A stretch of DNA of 64,000 nt, from the NCBI RefSeq assembly GCF_000002075.1, contig NW_004797400.1, forward strand, positions 2,430 to 66,429, read 5' to 3'. The stretch comes from Aplysia californica. Lineage: Eukaryota. The notes beneath the pieces were generated by a model. That model worked only from the letters and a program-made list of their open reading frames with translations, had not been told where the DNA came from and did no database searches. Of the stretch, positions 22,901 to 33,846 are shown in pieces; the first letter of the stretch is position 1, and every line of letters begins with the position of its first letter. Both the position numbers and the translations under genes were made by a program.

Positions 22901-25900
22901 ATTGGTTGTACTGTATCAAGCACCCAGCATCTGATCTCAGATCTTTTAGATTTAACTAGAACATCAGTTTAGGATGATACATTTGTATATATAGTATCAT
23001 TAAAGAATTGCAAGGGGCACTGGGAAATAATGTCCAAGTTAAGCTTGATATTGCACAATGTGTTGTTGTGCTGCAGGAATAAGTTAATATTAGAACAAAT
23101 GCAAAAAATACTGTCTCATCCAAAAATGGAAAATAATAGTCCATACAGATTTATAATGCCTTTGAAGAAGAAGAATATGGGATGACCTGATAAAGGAGAA
23201 ACTTTACACGATAGAAATACTATATCTATTCGATATATAAATCTATTATATTGTATTTCTATACTAATAGCATATGCACGTACATGACTCATAAAGATCA
23301 ATTGCATTGTTAGTTAAGGTTAAAGAACTTCTGCTCTTCTGCCAACAAGGCCTTGTGAGGAAGCGCTGGGGGGATAAAGTACAATTTCACACCATGTCTG
23401 TTACAGGCCAGAGACCTGCTGCCATTGTGTCTCCTCTGGCAGGAACAACGCGAGATGTGGTGGAGACAGCTCTTAACATTGCAGGGTACCCTGTCCTCAT
23501 CAGTGACACTGCTGGACTACGAGAGTCATGTGACGTTATAGAAAAAGAAGGTATCTCCAGAGCTCTGGACAGGTTTGTTTGTAATTTTATTTCCAATGAT
23601 TATCTTCTTTTGAGGGGTTATTTTAGGATGAGAAGCGAGACTATCACAGAACAAGTTGGCTCAACTCCATACTTCCAATTTATAGATAAACAACAAAGGG
23701 AATAATTTGGACATCTGTTTAAACTACCACCAGACAATATAACAATGAGAGCACCAGAGAGATCAGATCGTAAGAGAGGAAGAAGCAGGCCAAGGAAAAG
23801 ATAGATAGAGGGTAGGGATGGGCAGGTACCGGTACTCAGTACCGGAACTCCCGGTTCTACCGAAGGAGGTGTCAGTACCGACACCTGGCCTCCAGTACCG
23901 GCACGCTCAGAGAGTAAGAACGTATAGGCTGACACCTATGGTTTTTTAACCGGGCCACAAGAAGTGTGCGTGCTGTGTGTAGGCCTAGGCCTTGGCCTAG
24001 CAGCTGTGACGTCAGATGCACACAACGCAGCTGGTGACCTTGATACATGACTTCAGATTCAAAATTGACAATCAAAAACGAAGTTTGCTTAAATTTAAAT
24101 ATGGCATCAAATCAAATTCTCTGCGGGGTGCAGGCGTGGCTGATCATCGTGTGAGACGCAAGACGCGAAGTCTGTGATGCCACCCCCTGATGTCACTCCC
24201 TATACCGGCACCGGTGCCGGTACTGGCCGTTCTCGGCACCGAGATCTCGGCACAAAGTGTCGACACAGGGTTTCGCCGGGACTCATCATCATCATCAATG
24301 CCTTTCACCCCTGGCAGGGTATAGGCCACATACAAGCTCCTTCCATTTATCTCTGTCCTGAGCCTTCCTTCCAAGCTCGTTCCAAGTGAGCTTCATTTCT
24401 CTCATGTCCCTTTCCACGCATCTCCTCCATGTATCCCGTGGCCTACCCCTGCCTCGTGCTCCTTGTGGGTTCCACTACAGTGACTGTCTTGTGATGTTTC
24501 CGCTGGGCTTTCTTAAGGTGTGTCCCATCCATCGCCACTTTCTTAGTCCTATTTCTACTTCTATATCCTTTTGTCCTGTCCTTTCCCACAGCTCTTCATT
24601 TCTTATTCTATCCTGCCACTTTATTCTTAGAATACTCCTCATACATCTGTTGATGAAAGTCTGGACTTTATTCAGTACTGTTTTCGTTGTCTTCCAAGTT
24701 TCGCAGCGGTAGAGGAGCACAGACTTGACGTTGGTGTTAAAGAGTCTTTCGCCGGGACTGCCCAACATTAATAGAGGGGGTCAGAGAACAACATAACTAA
24801 ACAACAGGCGATATAGCAAACAAGAGGAAGACTTTGTTTCTTCCCTCGACTCCACAAAAATTTAACTGTCTCATTTTGTTCAAAAAGTACTGTGTACTGG
24901 CAGTGTACTGTGAAAGGTAGTGAGGAGTGTATTTTTTTTAACCAAATATCTTTTCACATTTGGCAAGAGATATCGGTGTCCAGTTTTACTGTTCATCATG
25001 ACAGCTAATTTTTTCTCTATAATTTATAATGAAATGAGAAATTCTATCTTTTTTAAACTGGGGTGTCAGGAGGAATTCCATTTAGTTTAATTCAATTGAC
25101 TAGTATTGGTTGAGATTTTCAAATTTATTATTTAGACAGATCAGTGTAAATTCTTTCTCTTGGGCTAGTAGATTTCAGCTGTGCTCAACCGTCGGTTCTT
25201 CGTCCTTCAGACATATTAGTAGGTACCAGAAACTAAATTTTCAAAGTTGCTGTATGCCAAATTTATCTGTTCCATTTGAAAGGCCTATGTCCCGTGAGCA
25301 TTTTGGTACCATCCTTTAACCTCTCAGTCAATTTTAAAGAAAAAGGTAGTTATTTAAAATTTGATCAAATTTGTTAAAGTTGCTCTCTGGCTGCAACCCC
25401 ATGTTTGACAGATAATAAAAGAGTACCAAGTGCACTAAACATCTCCACATTAACAGAGTACAATCACTATAACATATATATGGAGCCTAATTTTTTTCAA
25501 GACTGTGAGATCATTACAAATCAGTATTTTATCGCCTTAAACACGATGATTTGTCGTTATTTCAACAAAAACACTGAGCGTTGACCCGGCCGGAGCCACA
25601 CCGGCGCCACACCGGCCCACGCAGCGAGCGAGACGGCTGTATACTGTAGTGTACCGAGCATTTCCCTGTCCTCATGGTTTTAGGCACCCCACATAATTTA
25701 GCCAAATTTGATCATTTTTTTCATAATTTCTGATTATTTTCCTTTATCATTCTTTGTTAAAATTAACAGAATCGCATAATTTCACATTTTTGGGCTCAGT
25801 TCGCATAATTTCAGAATTTTTCTTGCATAAAACGACGGGGACAGATTTCCTGCGTGTGGGGGTCACATGCTTTCCGACTTTCGCGGAAGGATTGATGAAA

Positions 25901-28900
25901 AATAATTCCAAGTCGATTACTTTTATTCTAATAGGAAATGAACTGATCTTTCTATTAGTACTTATTTGAGTCGGTATTTTAAATATTTCGTGTAAAAAGA
26001 TCTTTAAAATTGTTGACGATATTTTTAAAGGCTTTCTATTTAAATGCCAAAGGCCAAAAATACACCACAAGAAAGCCCGTTCAAAGCTATACTCTGCCAA
26101 TGAAAAGACGGCATTTAATTATCAATCTCTCCCCGAAGCATTTGAATGCACGCATGTCAATTTTTTAACTGGCCCACCACGCATTCCGACTGCGAGGGGC
26201 TTCGCTTTCCTCGGCAATTCTCCAGCTCCCAATAATCGGACATATAAACAACTTACACCATTGTAATGAGGAAAAGCTGAATTTTTACAAGGTTTACGGC
26301 ATTTTGTCTTTTATAATGAAAGAGCAAAGAAACAGATCTGAATTACCCTGATTTCACCGATACCACGCGTTCGGAAGGCCCCGAGTGCCCACGAGGCCGT
26401 GTTTACGCTACCTAATATTAAGCAGCAATATACCATTTTTTGGAAGTCCTTTTGTTTATTTGTACTGACCAGAGTTTCTTATATTTTGGGTCGGGAACAA
26501 TTTTCAATTTTGACCTGGCTTGCGGGCAAAGCAGGTCTTCTTTTCTTCAACTTTCAATCGTCAAGTTATTATTAACATGCACAAAGGGCATTAGCGGTGT
26601 CCCTGTCTTTATTGAAAAAGACAGGAACTCATTTCCACTAAGCCAGGGATTTGGATTAAAGAATATCCACTAACCACACTTGTTTGTCCCAGGAATTGAA
26701 CCAGTTACTCTGACATGAAGGCAAGAATCTTATCTCCCCCCCCCCCCCCCCCCAACACCCCAACCACCCCCTCACCTTAATCCCCAAGCAATAGTAATAA
26801 CTATGTGAAGACATGAAGATCTACGCTCTGTTGTTGCACATGAAAAGCTGTTCAGATGATTTTTCTAGTTTCTGTCAGCAGACTGTCGTATTCCACACAC
26901 ATAGTGATAGTTGCACTTGCTCTTCTCTCTCTGTTTCACCATTTTGCCTTTAAAGAAGAGACTCCATGTATGTGCTGAGATTTTGAAAAAGGTTATATTA
27001 AGCAAGAAAATTTGTGTCAGTGTTTTTTTTTCTACCAGACTTTAAATATTGTTTGATTTTGGACAATGTCACAGTGGACCTGCTATATGACATTATGCTC
27101 CAGAATCTTTCTTAGTGTTTCCATATAATTTGTTTCCCTCATATCCACAGAGCAGAGAAGGCCGACTTGAAGATTCTTGTCCTGGATTTTGAAGTTCATG
27201 GAGCAAATCTGTCTAATGTTGACTTTCCGACTTTTTTGTCATCTTACCTGTCTGACATGAGGTTGTATCAGAATAACTTTCGTGAAGCAGACTCTGTCCA
27301 TGACTCCCCATCAAACAGCGATCAGTCACTGTCTTTCGATCAAGTACCAGAAGATTCATGGGAGGTGTTGGTTGTTGTGAACAAAAGTGATCTGGCAAGA
27401 GTTTCTGACTTAAAGCAGGTATCTCAGCATGCTTCAGGGTCAGTGTGCTTTGTCTCGTGCAAGACAGGTCAAGGCCTTGACAGATTTCTTCATGTGCTCG
27501 CTGGCAGGATAAAAGATCTGTGAGTATTTGTGTCTTGTTGTTGATTACTTCTCTGAACTTTGTAGTTTGAAAAGGTACACGTTTATAAACTGTCGAAATT
27601 GTCTAAGATGGCCATAAGGGTTGGGGCGCACAGACGAATAGGTTCGTTACTCGCGGACACAGTCAGAACCTCAAGACATTTTGTTTTTTGGGGTCTGCTC
27701 CACAATTTTATTTACTCAAGGTGCGGGCGAATAGATGAACTCTAGCAGACAAGATACTCAACCCATTGTTTTAAGTCCCTCGTGGTGCTGTAGGAAGTGA
27801 GAGGCTGATGACATATCACTGTGTGAACCACACTGTGTGTTTTCTAATTTGTGTCAAAGGGGAAATTTTAAAAATTGCCAAAGGCAATACATAACTATGA
27901 TGACACAAATGCGAACACTAAGACATTCAGAATTTCTTTTTTCTGTGATTTTATATACACTTCATGCTTATGTTTGAATTGAAAGCAATGAGGAAACTAT
28001 TAAAATAATTTTATGTTCCGTAAATTACTTTTCAGAGTTTTTTTTCATTTTGTGTCATCATGGTTTTTGTTCGAAAGATGTTAGATATTTTGCAGAGGTT
28101 CATTGTAAAATGTGTATTAAGTGGCATTTTTTCATCATTAACATGCATTGTGAGTCAAACTGAATCTTCTGAATCGTTCTTTGGCCTAATTTTCATAAAA
28201 GAAATTAAGATATGAAAACGGAAAGTTTTTCATTTCTTTCGAACATAACTATGATAACACAAATGTAAACTCAACAGCATTCAAAATTTCTTGTTTCTCT
28301 GATCTTCACCATTTTATATGCTCTTCATGCTTATGTTTGAAAATAAAAGCAGTAAGAATACTGTTTAAATAATTTTGTATGTACAAATTCTTAAAAAATT
28401 GTCTGAAAAAATTTGACTTGTCGCTACGTGACACCGGTTACGCAGCTTAGCATGCAGTCTGTAGGTCTGTAAATACATGTTTTTGTAGGAGAAGATATAC
28501 ATGAATAGAAAAATTCAAGTAAAAACAAAATATTAAAAACTTTATCATCAACCCTCTGTGCTACATTTTAGGTATCCAACTATTGGCAAAAGCTGTACAA
28601 GTCCTTATAATCCTTAGGAATCAACACAAAATTGTAGAGATATCACCCAAGCATGCATTTATGCAAGAATTTCACAAATTTAGCTGAATACCTTTCACTG
28701 AAGGGCCTTCTTATTATTTCAGTCTCCATGTTGTTCACCCGTACTTAGCGACAACAAAACAATGATTTTTGCAAGAATTTCACGCAATTTCGATTGATTT
28801 TGGTGCTCAGAGATTGAGGTCAGGTTTGTTTACAAGCTCTACTTCCTTTCGACAACTTAAAAAGTAGGAACTATGTTAAAAAGTGCACATTCGTTTTGGA

Positions 28901-30784
28901 TTTTGTCGAATGGACGGAATCGGTTAATACCAACTGTGATTGGAAATACAGTCCGTGCCGGCTATAAGCACGCCGGCCTTAAGCACGCTAAACGGCTCTT
29001 ACCAAATTTTTGCTATATAAATTACACGCCTCTAAGCACGGTAACTTCGGCTTCAAGCACTCTTCATTTACAAGGCAGTCAATATTTTCATGATGACCCA
29101 TCGAAGTTCGAACACAGTTTACACCGCAAAAGTGGAGTGTGTTAAGAGAAACACAAAGAATGCAAGTGATGGACACACACACTCGCACGGGCGGAGAGGA
29201 AGGCAGAGAGATGCACACAGCCGTTCGCGCGGACATAGGATCTAGCCTAGGCCTAGGGCAAAGCTACACACGATCAAAAAAAAAAAAAGAAAGAGAGTCG
29301 GGGAGATGAGAAAGGGAGGCTGGCTGCGATTTCACCTTTGACCCTCGCTACCCATTAATCCTGGTTGTGTATCACGCGCGAGGTGGGATGAAGGCGGTGG
29401 TATGAGTAGCACAGCGGGCAGTAGCACAGCGGGCAGTGGTACGCACAGGCAGTGTGTTACAGTAGGCCTAATGTGCTGTATCGTGACTGGCCGTCTAAAT
29501 TAAGTTTTCATTTCCCATTCGACCACAAAACAAAAACAAACAAGCGAACAAAAACTACCATGGCGGGTGTCTAAATAACAGTGCACACTTTTGTGGGACC
29601 GCTATAGGCCTACTTACAAACTAAGGGAAATAGCACGGGGAATTTTCTACATGAAAATCTCTGGATTATGTCTACTTCGCACTTAAGCACGCTTCGGCTT
29701 TAAGCACGCTTAAGCTTTCTCCCGATGACCGTGCTTAAAGCCGGCATGGACTGTACTGGAGCAGACTGTGACTCTGAGTCGACTCACAAACTGACATCGT
29801 CTTTCGAGTTTTATGTAGACTCTTTCATATTTCATGCTTTTTTTTACTGACAAGTGGCAGTGTTCTACAACCAAAGAAGCAAAGAAGGAATTTTGCTCAG
29901 TGTTTTTTTATGAGTCCCTTGTTGCATGTTCTTTCCTTTCATTTTTTGTTCCTCCCTTATGATATGGGGAAAAGCAAGATATTGTTTGGACCATAGTCTT
30001 CTTTATGATCATACATGTAAGGTGAAGTTTCTTTTTAAAATTTGTTTTGACATTGAAATTGGAAAATTCGCCTTGTCATTGTGCAGAGGTAAGCCCAGAA
30101 GATGCTCACTTCTGTGCTTGACAAGACAATATTTCTTTCTTTTTTCAGTGAGAGTGGGTTTTTTGGTCACCATTTATCTTTATTTTCTCTTTTTAAGGTA
30201 TTGTTAGCTCAATAAATTTGACTTTGCTTGTCTTTGTCAAAACATGTGAACTCTTACTAGACATTACAACTGTCATTTATTCAATTAATCCATGCTTTTA
30301 AGGTTTGGTATCCATTGCTGAAATTTTTCAGAAGAAAAACGTGGCTGATAATAAATAATAATAACTAATACCTATATTAAAAGAATTTTTAGAAATACTT
30401 ACAGCTCTACTGTATGCATTAAATATATATTATATTTGTTTGCTGTGGAGAGATTTTACTGGATACAAGTTTAGCTTAATTGACTCCACTGTAATACATT
30501 TTTTTAAAACTTGTGTGCTGAAATGACTGCAATGGTATCCCTGTTTTTCTAGGTGTGGGGACCCTCTGACGAGCAGCTCCAGCCTCACCCAGACACGACA
30601 CAGACATCATCTGAGCAGATGTAAACAGCACCTTGAGGATTTCCATAATCTCCTGAGCTATGATGTTGTGATAGCAGCAGAGAAACTGCGGAGAGCCACT
30701 CGAGAATTGGCCTTGATCACAGGGGCTGTGTCCACTGAAGATGTGCTTGATGTGATATTCAGAGATTTTTGTATAGGGAAATAA
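19601..30784 (+). CDS. GTPBP3: tRNA modification GTPase GTPBP3/MnmE(TrmE), mitochondrial; 8 coding exons, ~530 aa
   Basis: Exons 19601-19919, 20730-20865, 21276-21429, 21876-21948, 22631-22774, 23407-23572, 27151-27519 and 30553-30784 join in frame (1593 nt) with GT-AG introns. MnmE motifs: [56 protein letters not shown]1 GEPNVGKS, G2 GTTRD, G3 DTAG, G4 NKSD, C-terminal FCIGK*. The N-terminus is basic, presequence-like. Confidence 0.97.
20730..20865 (+). CDS. GTPBP3: GTPBP3 coding exon 2
   Basis: [26 protein letters not shown]...PGEFSK; ttctag acceptor, gt donor; not in the ORF track. Confidence 0.95.
21276..21429 (+). CDS. GTPBP3: GTPBP3 coding exon 3
   Basis: [37 protein letters not shown]... 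Confidence 0.95.
21876..21948 (+). CDS. GTPBP3: GTPBP3 coding exon 4
   Basis: [24 protein letters not shown]; tacag acceptor, gtatgt donor. Confidence 0.95.
22631..22774 (+). CDS. GTPBP3: GTPBP3 coding exon 5 (G1 P-loop)
   Basis: [27 protein letters not shown]; gtaagt donor. Confidence 0.96.
23407..23572 (+). CDS. GTPBP3: GTPBP3 coding exon 6 (G2/G3)
   Basis: [40 protein letters not shown]. Confidence 0.96.
23813..24770. mobile_element. hAT-like MITE with 8-bp TSD
   Basis: TIR TAGGGATGGGCAGGTACCGG / CCGGGACTGCCCAACATTA; TSD ATAGAGGG at 23805-23812 and 24771-24778. Confidence 0.8.
24284..24746 (-). mobile_element. 5'-truncated RTE LINE
   Basis: [16 protein letters not shown]...[11 protein letters not shown]...GRGRPRDTW; (GAT)n tail; 13-bp TSD TTTCGCCGGGACT at 24271-24283 and 24747-24759. 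Confidence 0.93.
25320..26090. mobile_element. piggyBac-like element, inverted copy carrying a nested MITE
   Basis: Reverse complement of 17400-18004; TTAA-CCTCTCAGTC left end. Confidence 0.75.
25666..25844. mobile_element. 179-bp MITE with 6-bp TSD
   Basis: TIR CTGTCCTCATGGTTTTA / TAAAACGACGGGGACAG; ATTTCC duplicated at 25660-25665 and 25845-25850; absent from the 17270 copy. Confidence 0.8.
27151..27519 (+). CDS. GTPBP3: GTPBP3 coding exon 7 (G4/G5)
   Basis: [12 protein letters not shown]...VVVNKSDL...VSCKTGQGL; ccacag acceptor, gtgagt donor. Confidence 0.93.
27888..28390. repeat. ~145-bp direct repeat pair with an inverted motif between (probable TE interior)
   Basis: cataactatgat.acacaaatg at ~27890 and ~28245; its reverse complement at ~28050. 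Confidence 0.6.
28949..29753. mobile_element. pogo/Tc1-mariner-type MITE (partial copy at 34530-35033)
   Basis: TA|CAGTCCGTGCCGGCT ... AGCCGGCATGGACTG|TA. Confidence 0.88.
30553..30784 (+). CDS. GTPBP3: GTPBP3 last coding exon
   Basis: [20 protein letters not shown]...[22 protein letters not shown]. Confidence 0.96.
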
Positions 30785-31021
30785 ATGTATTTATTTATCA
30801 GTCCTGAAAATTACTTCAAGTTTTTTTCCGTTCAAGATGAAGGATTATTTGGCACCAGTGATACTAACCAATCAGAATAGAATCAAATGTAAGTGGCGCA
30901 GAGTAAAGCTACATGTCTTCCACTAAGATCCGGTTTCTTTTTCGTCTTCATTCTTTCTTTTTTAGTGTTTTTATAACAGTAATTGTCAGAAACGTCATCT
31001 TTCTGTTTTTACGCATGGTTC

Positions 31022-31553
31022 GGGGGGCTCTCGTGGCCTAGAGGTTAAGGTGTTGGCCTCTCATTCAAAGGTCCCGGGTTCGATTCCGGGTAGCGACCAA
31101 AAAATTTTCTTCTCTAAAATTGTCTCCTTTCACATCCTTTCCTGATCTCTAACAATGTTCTGTTGTCTGCTTTCATTTCCACTTTCTGCCCCCACCCCCT
31201 CACCTCCTTTGCCCCCTCCTCTGGGCTCCTGACTCTTTCTGCAGCCTTTCTACTGCTACTCCTTGGCTCCTCCTAACTGCTGTCTTTCTGCCACACCCCT
31301 GATCTTCTGGTAGGAAAGATCTACACCTAGCCTTCTCGGACAAGGGCGAAAAATCTCGGAGGGCCCGTGTGCAAGTTGCGCACGTTAAAGATCCCTTGGT
31401 GGTCTAAAATCGATAAGAGTAGGCTTCGGCCGCCACCCGGGCAAAATTCAAAATTTCCTACCCACGAAAAAGTATTAGGTGTGTCCCGCGCGCTCATATG
31501 ACCTTATGCAGTTGCGAGCGCCGTAAAACCCTATACTAAACAAACAAACAAAA
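31022..31553 (+). mobile_element. Full-length tRNA-derived SINE just downstream of the GTPBP3 stop
   Basis: A box GTGGCCTAGAGG, B box GGTTCGATTCC, internal GCACGTTAAAGATCCC block, stem-loop tail, (AAAC)n end; TSD ACGCATGGTTC / ACACATGGTTC. Confidence 0.92.
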
Positions 31554-33154
31554 ACACATGGTTCACTTAGTTTTCTTGTCACTGCACCGCCTTGGGTAAA
31601 CTGTGAGTGGGGCAACATGCTACCTCAATTGACAAGGTCAAAACTTCAGGATTCACCTTCTCCCCCTCTCCCCCCCCCCTTTTTTTTTTGTCATTCAACT
31701 GATCATTCTTTCCCATTGCATATGGCCTTAAATGGCAGGACTACACCTAGCAGGTACTAAAAATCATTTTCTTTGAAATGAGTTATCCAGTCTGATTTTT
31801 TAAAACTCCAAACATTTTTACATCAAAACCACACCAAAAAAATCAAATAATATTTTAAAATCTTGTGCTGTTAAGAAAATGCAAAAATTATGTCCTTGTC
31901 ATGGATGTGACAAAGTGCAAATTTTGAAGCAGCTTTGTAAACAAAATGGGGAACCTGCACTTAAAAAAATTTCTATTCAGAGAAAACATGCATAAGATTT
32001 TTTTTCTCCACTACAGCCTGAAAAATGATGAACTGGTAAAGGTTTAACACTCCTATCTACACTATTAGATTATTTAAGAGACTGCACCTCCAAGTTTAAC
32101 GTACATCGCTGAAAGGACTGAGCCAAATTGGAAATTCATGTAAAGTACCTTTTCCAAGGACACAACGCTGAACTGAGCGGACGCTTGAACCCTTGAACCT
32201 GCAATCTTATGATTATGGGTCTGGTAGCCTTCACCAGGCCACTGACACCCATTACAGCCTATCAAGCATTTGAGTTACTAGCTGACATTAAAGTGCGGTG
32301 TATATTTTCCCACAGCGCTCTGCGTCAGTATTCTCGATTGACCTAATTTTCTCAATTTCTATAGAAAAATGGCGTTCCTCTTTATTTTCAGAACATATTC
32401 GTCAAAAAAGTGTATTTTTCATTGGAAAATCTCAAATTTTGTTTTGTGATTTTATTTTTTAATCAATTTGTATTCTCAACACTTTATACGTAGTTTGGAT
32501 ATGAAAAGCTCATAGCAGTGATAAGAGAATGAGACTACAGTCAAACCGCATTATATCGCCACCCTTGGAACGGGCATGAAGTTGGTGGAACAGCTGGGCT
32601 GGCAATTCAAAAAGGTTCTTTTGCTGTGTAGCCCCAACTACCCAGTGCCAAGAAACCTGATTCTGCTATATGATCTGGATATATGAAAATGTCTTTTTCT
32701 TGGTGATGTCGATACACATATACATGCACTTGTATTCAGAGCCGAGAGTTTTCTCTCTCTTTATTTCTGTCTTTCTTGTGGGAGCAAGATTATCAAGTAA
32801 CCAACTGATGGGTGTTGTGCAGCGTATGCAGTGTGTACCTCAGGAGGTCAGTCTCCTGGAGGTGGGGCAGAGTAAATTTGCATTAGTTAAATTAAATGAG
32901 GTCTGCACTACTCAGACAGTTGGCGGATGGCAGTGTGAAGGCAAAAATACTATGCATATATAGGCGTTCCTTTTCGTACATTGGGAAACCGGTACGAAGA
33001 GGTTTTAATGTATTTATAGCCCAATACCAAAAATTGACAAGGTGAGCTGAACAATGACAGGAGGTCACCTCGTTTAGTTTTGGCAGCAGAAAAATTTCCT
33101 ACAGCCCAGGTCTCTATTAAAAATAAAGTTTACAATGTATTGCATTTTTAAATA

Positions 33155-33846
33155 CAGTGGAAACCATATATATAACAGGCCCGGTATTAACAGGGATCCT
33201 GTAATAACAGGGATGTTTAAAATCCCTGTTTTTTCCTACTCTTCGTCTCTATTTAAAGTTATCGGCAACAACAGGGCCTTATCGGAGCCCAACCGGTTAT
33301 AGCAGGGACAAAGGCTCGTTAACAATGTGTAAAAAGTAAGAGAGAGAGAGAGAGGGAGAGAGAGGGAAAGAGAGACCGGTCGGCCTAGATCTAAGCCTAC
33401 TTCTTTCATTATGGTCACCAACGATGTAAAGCGCAAGAGAAAATGCCTTTCAATTGACAAAAAATACGAAATAATCCAGACTGTTGACAAAAAGCAAGTT
33501 CTACTAGCAGAGATTTGTCGTCAGTTCGACATTCCACTAGGGTCGATTCCCACCATTATCAAGGATAGAGAGAAGATAATGGCAGCATACTCCAATGAAA
33601 AGTTTGCTCTGGATCGTAAGAAGATGAGACTACCCGATATAGATGCTGTGGACCAAGCTATTCTGATGTGGTTTAAGGACGCAAGGAGAAAGTCGGTGGC
33701 AATACTCATGTTCGTGGGTACTTGTGGCTAGGGAAACTACCCATGAATAGCTAGATTAGTCCACAAATGCCCATTTTCCTTGCATTTCGGATTTAACAGG
33801 ACTTTTTCTCTACTCCCACCATCCCTGTTATATCAGGTTTCCAGTG
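33155..33846 (+). mobile_element. Internally deleted Tigger/pogo transposon with the N-terminal CENP-B/psq HTH ORF (33411-33731)
   Basis: TA|CAGTGGAAACC ... GGTTTCCAGTG|TA; ORF KRKCLSIDKKYEII...FDIPLGSIPTIIKDREKI...RKKMR...DQAILMWFKDAR; no DDE domain. Confidence 0.9.

Larger units (their letters stand above)
23700..24790 (+). mobile_element. Old RTE 3' remnant hosting nested insertions
   Basis: [16 protein letters not shown]...[13 protein letters not shown]|VRE, resuming after the insertion. Confidence 0.6.

Noticed and set aside
31025-31100. tRNA gene
   Set aside because: A/B boxes are present, but the sequence continues into a SINE body and tail with TSDs, so it is a SINE head.
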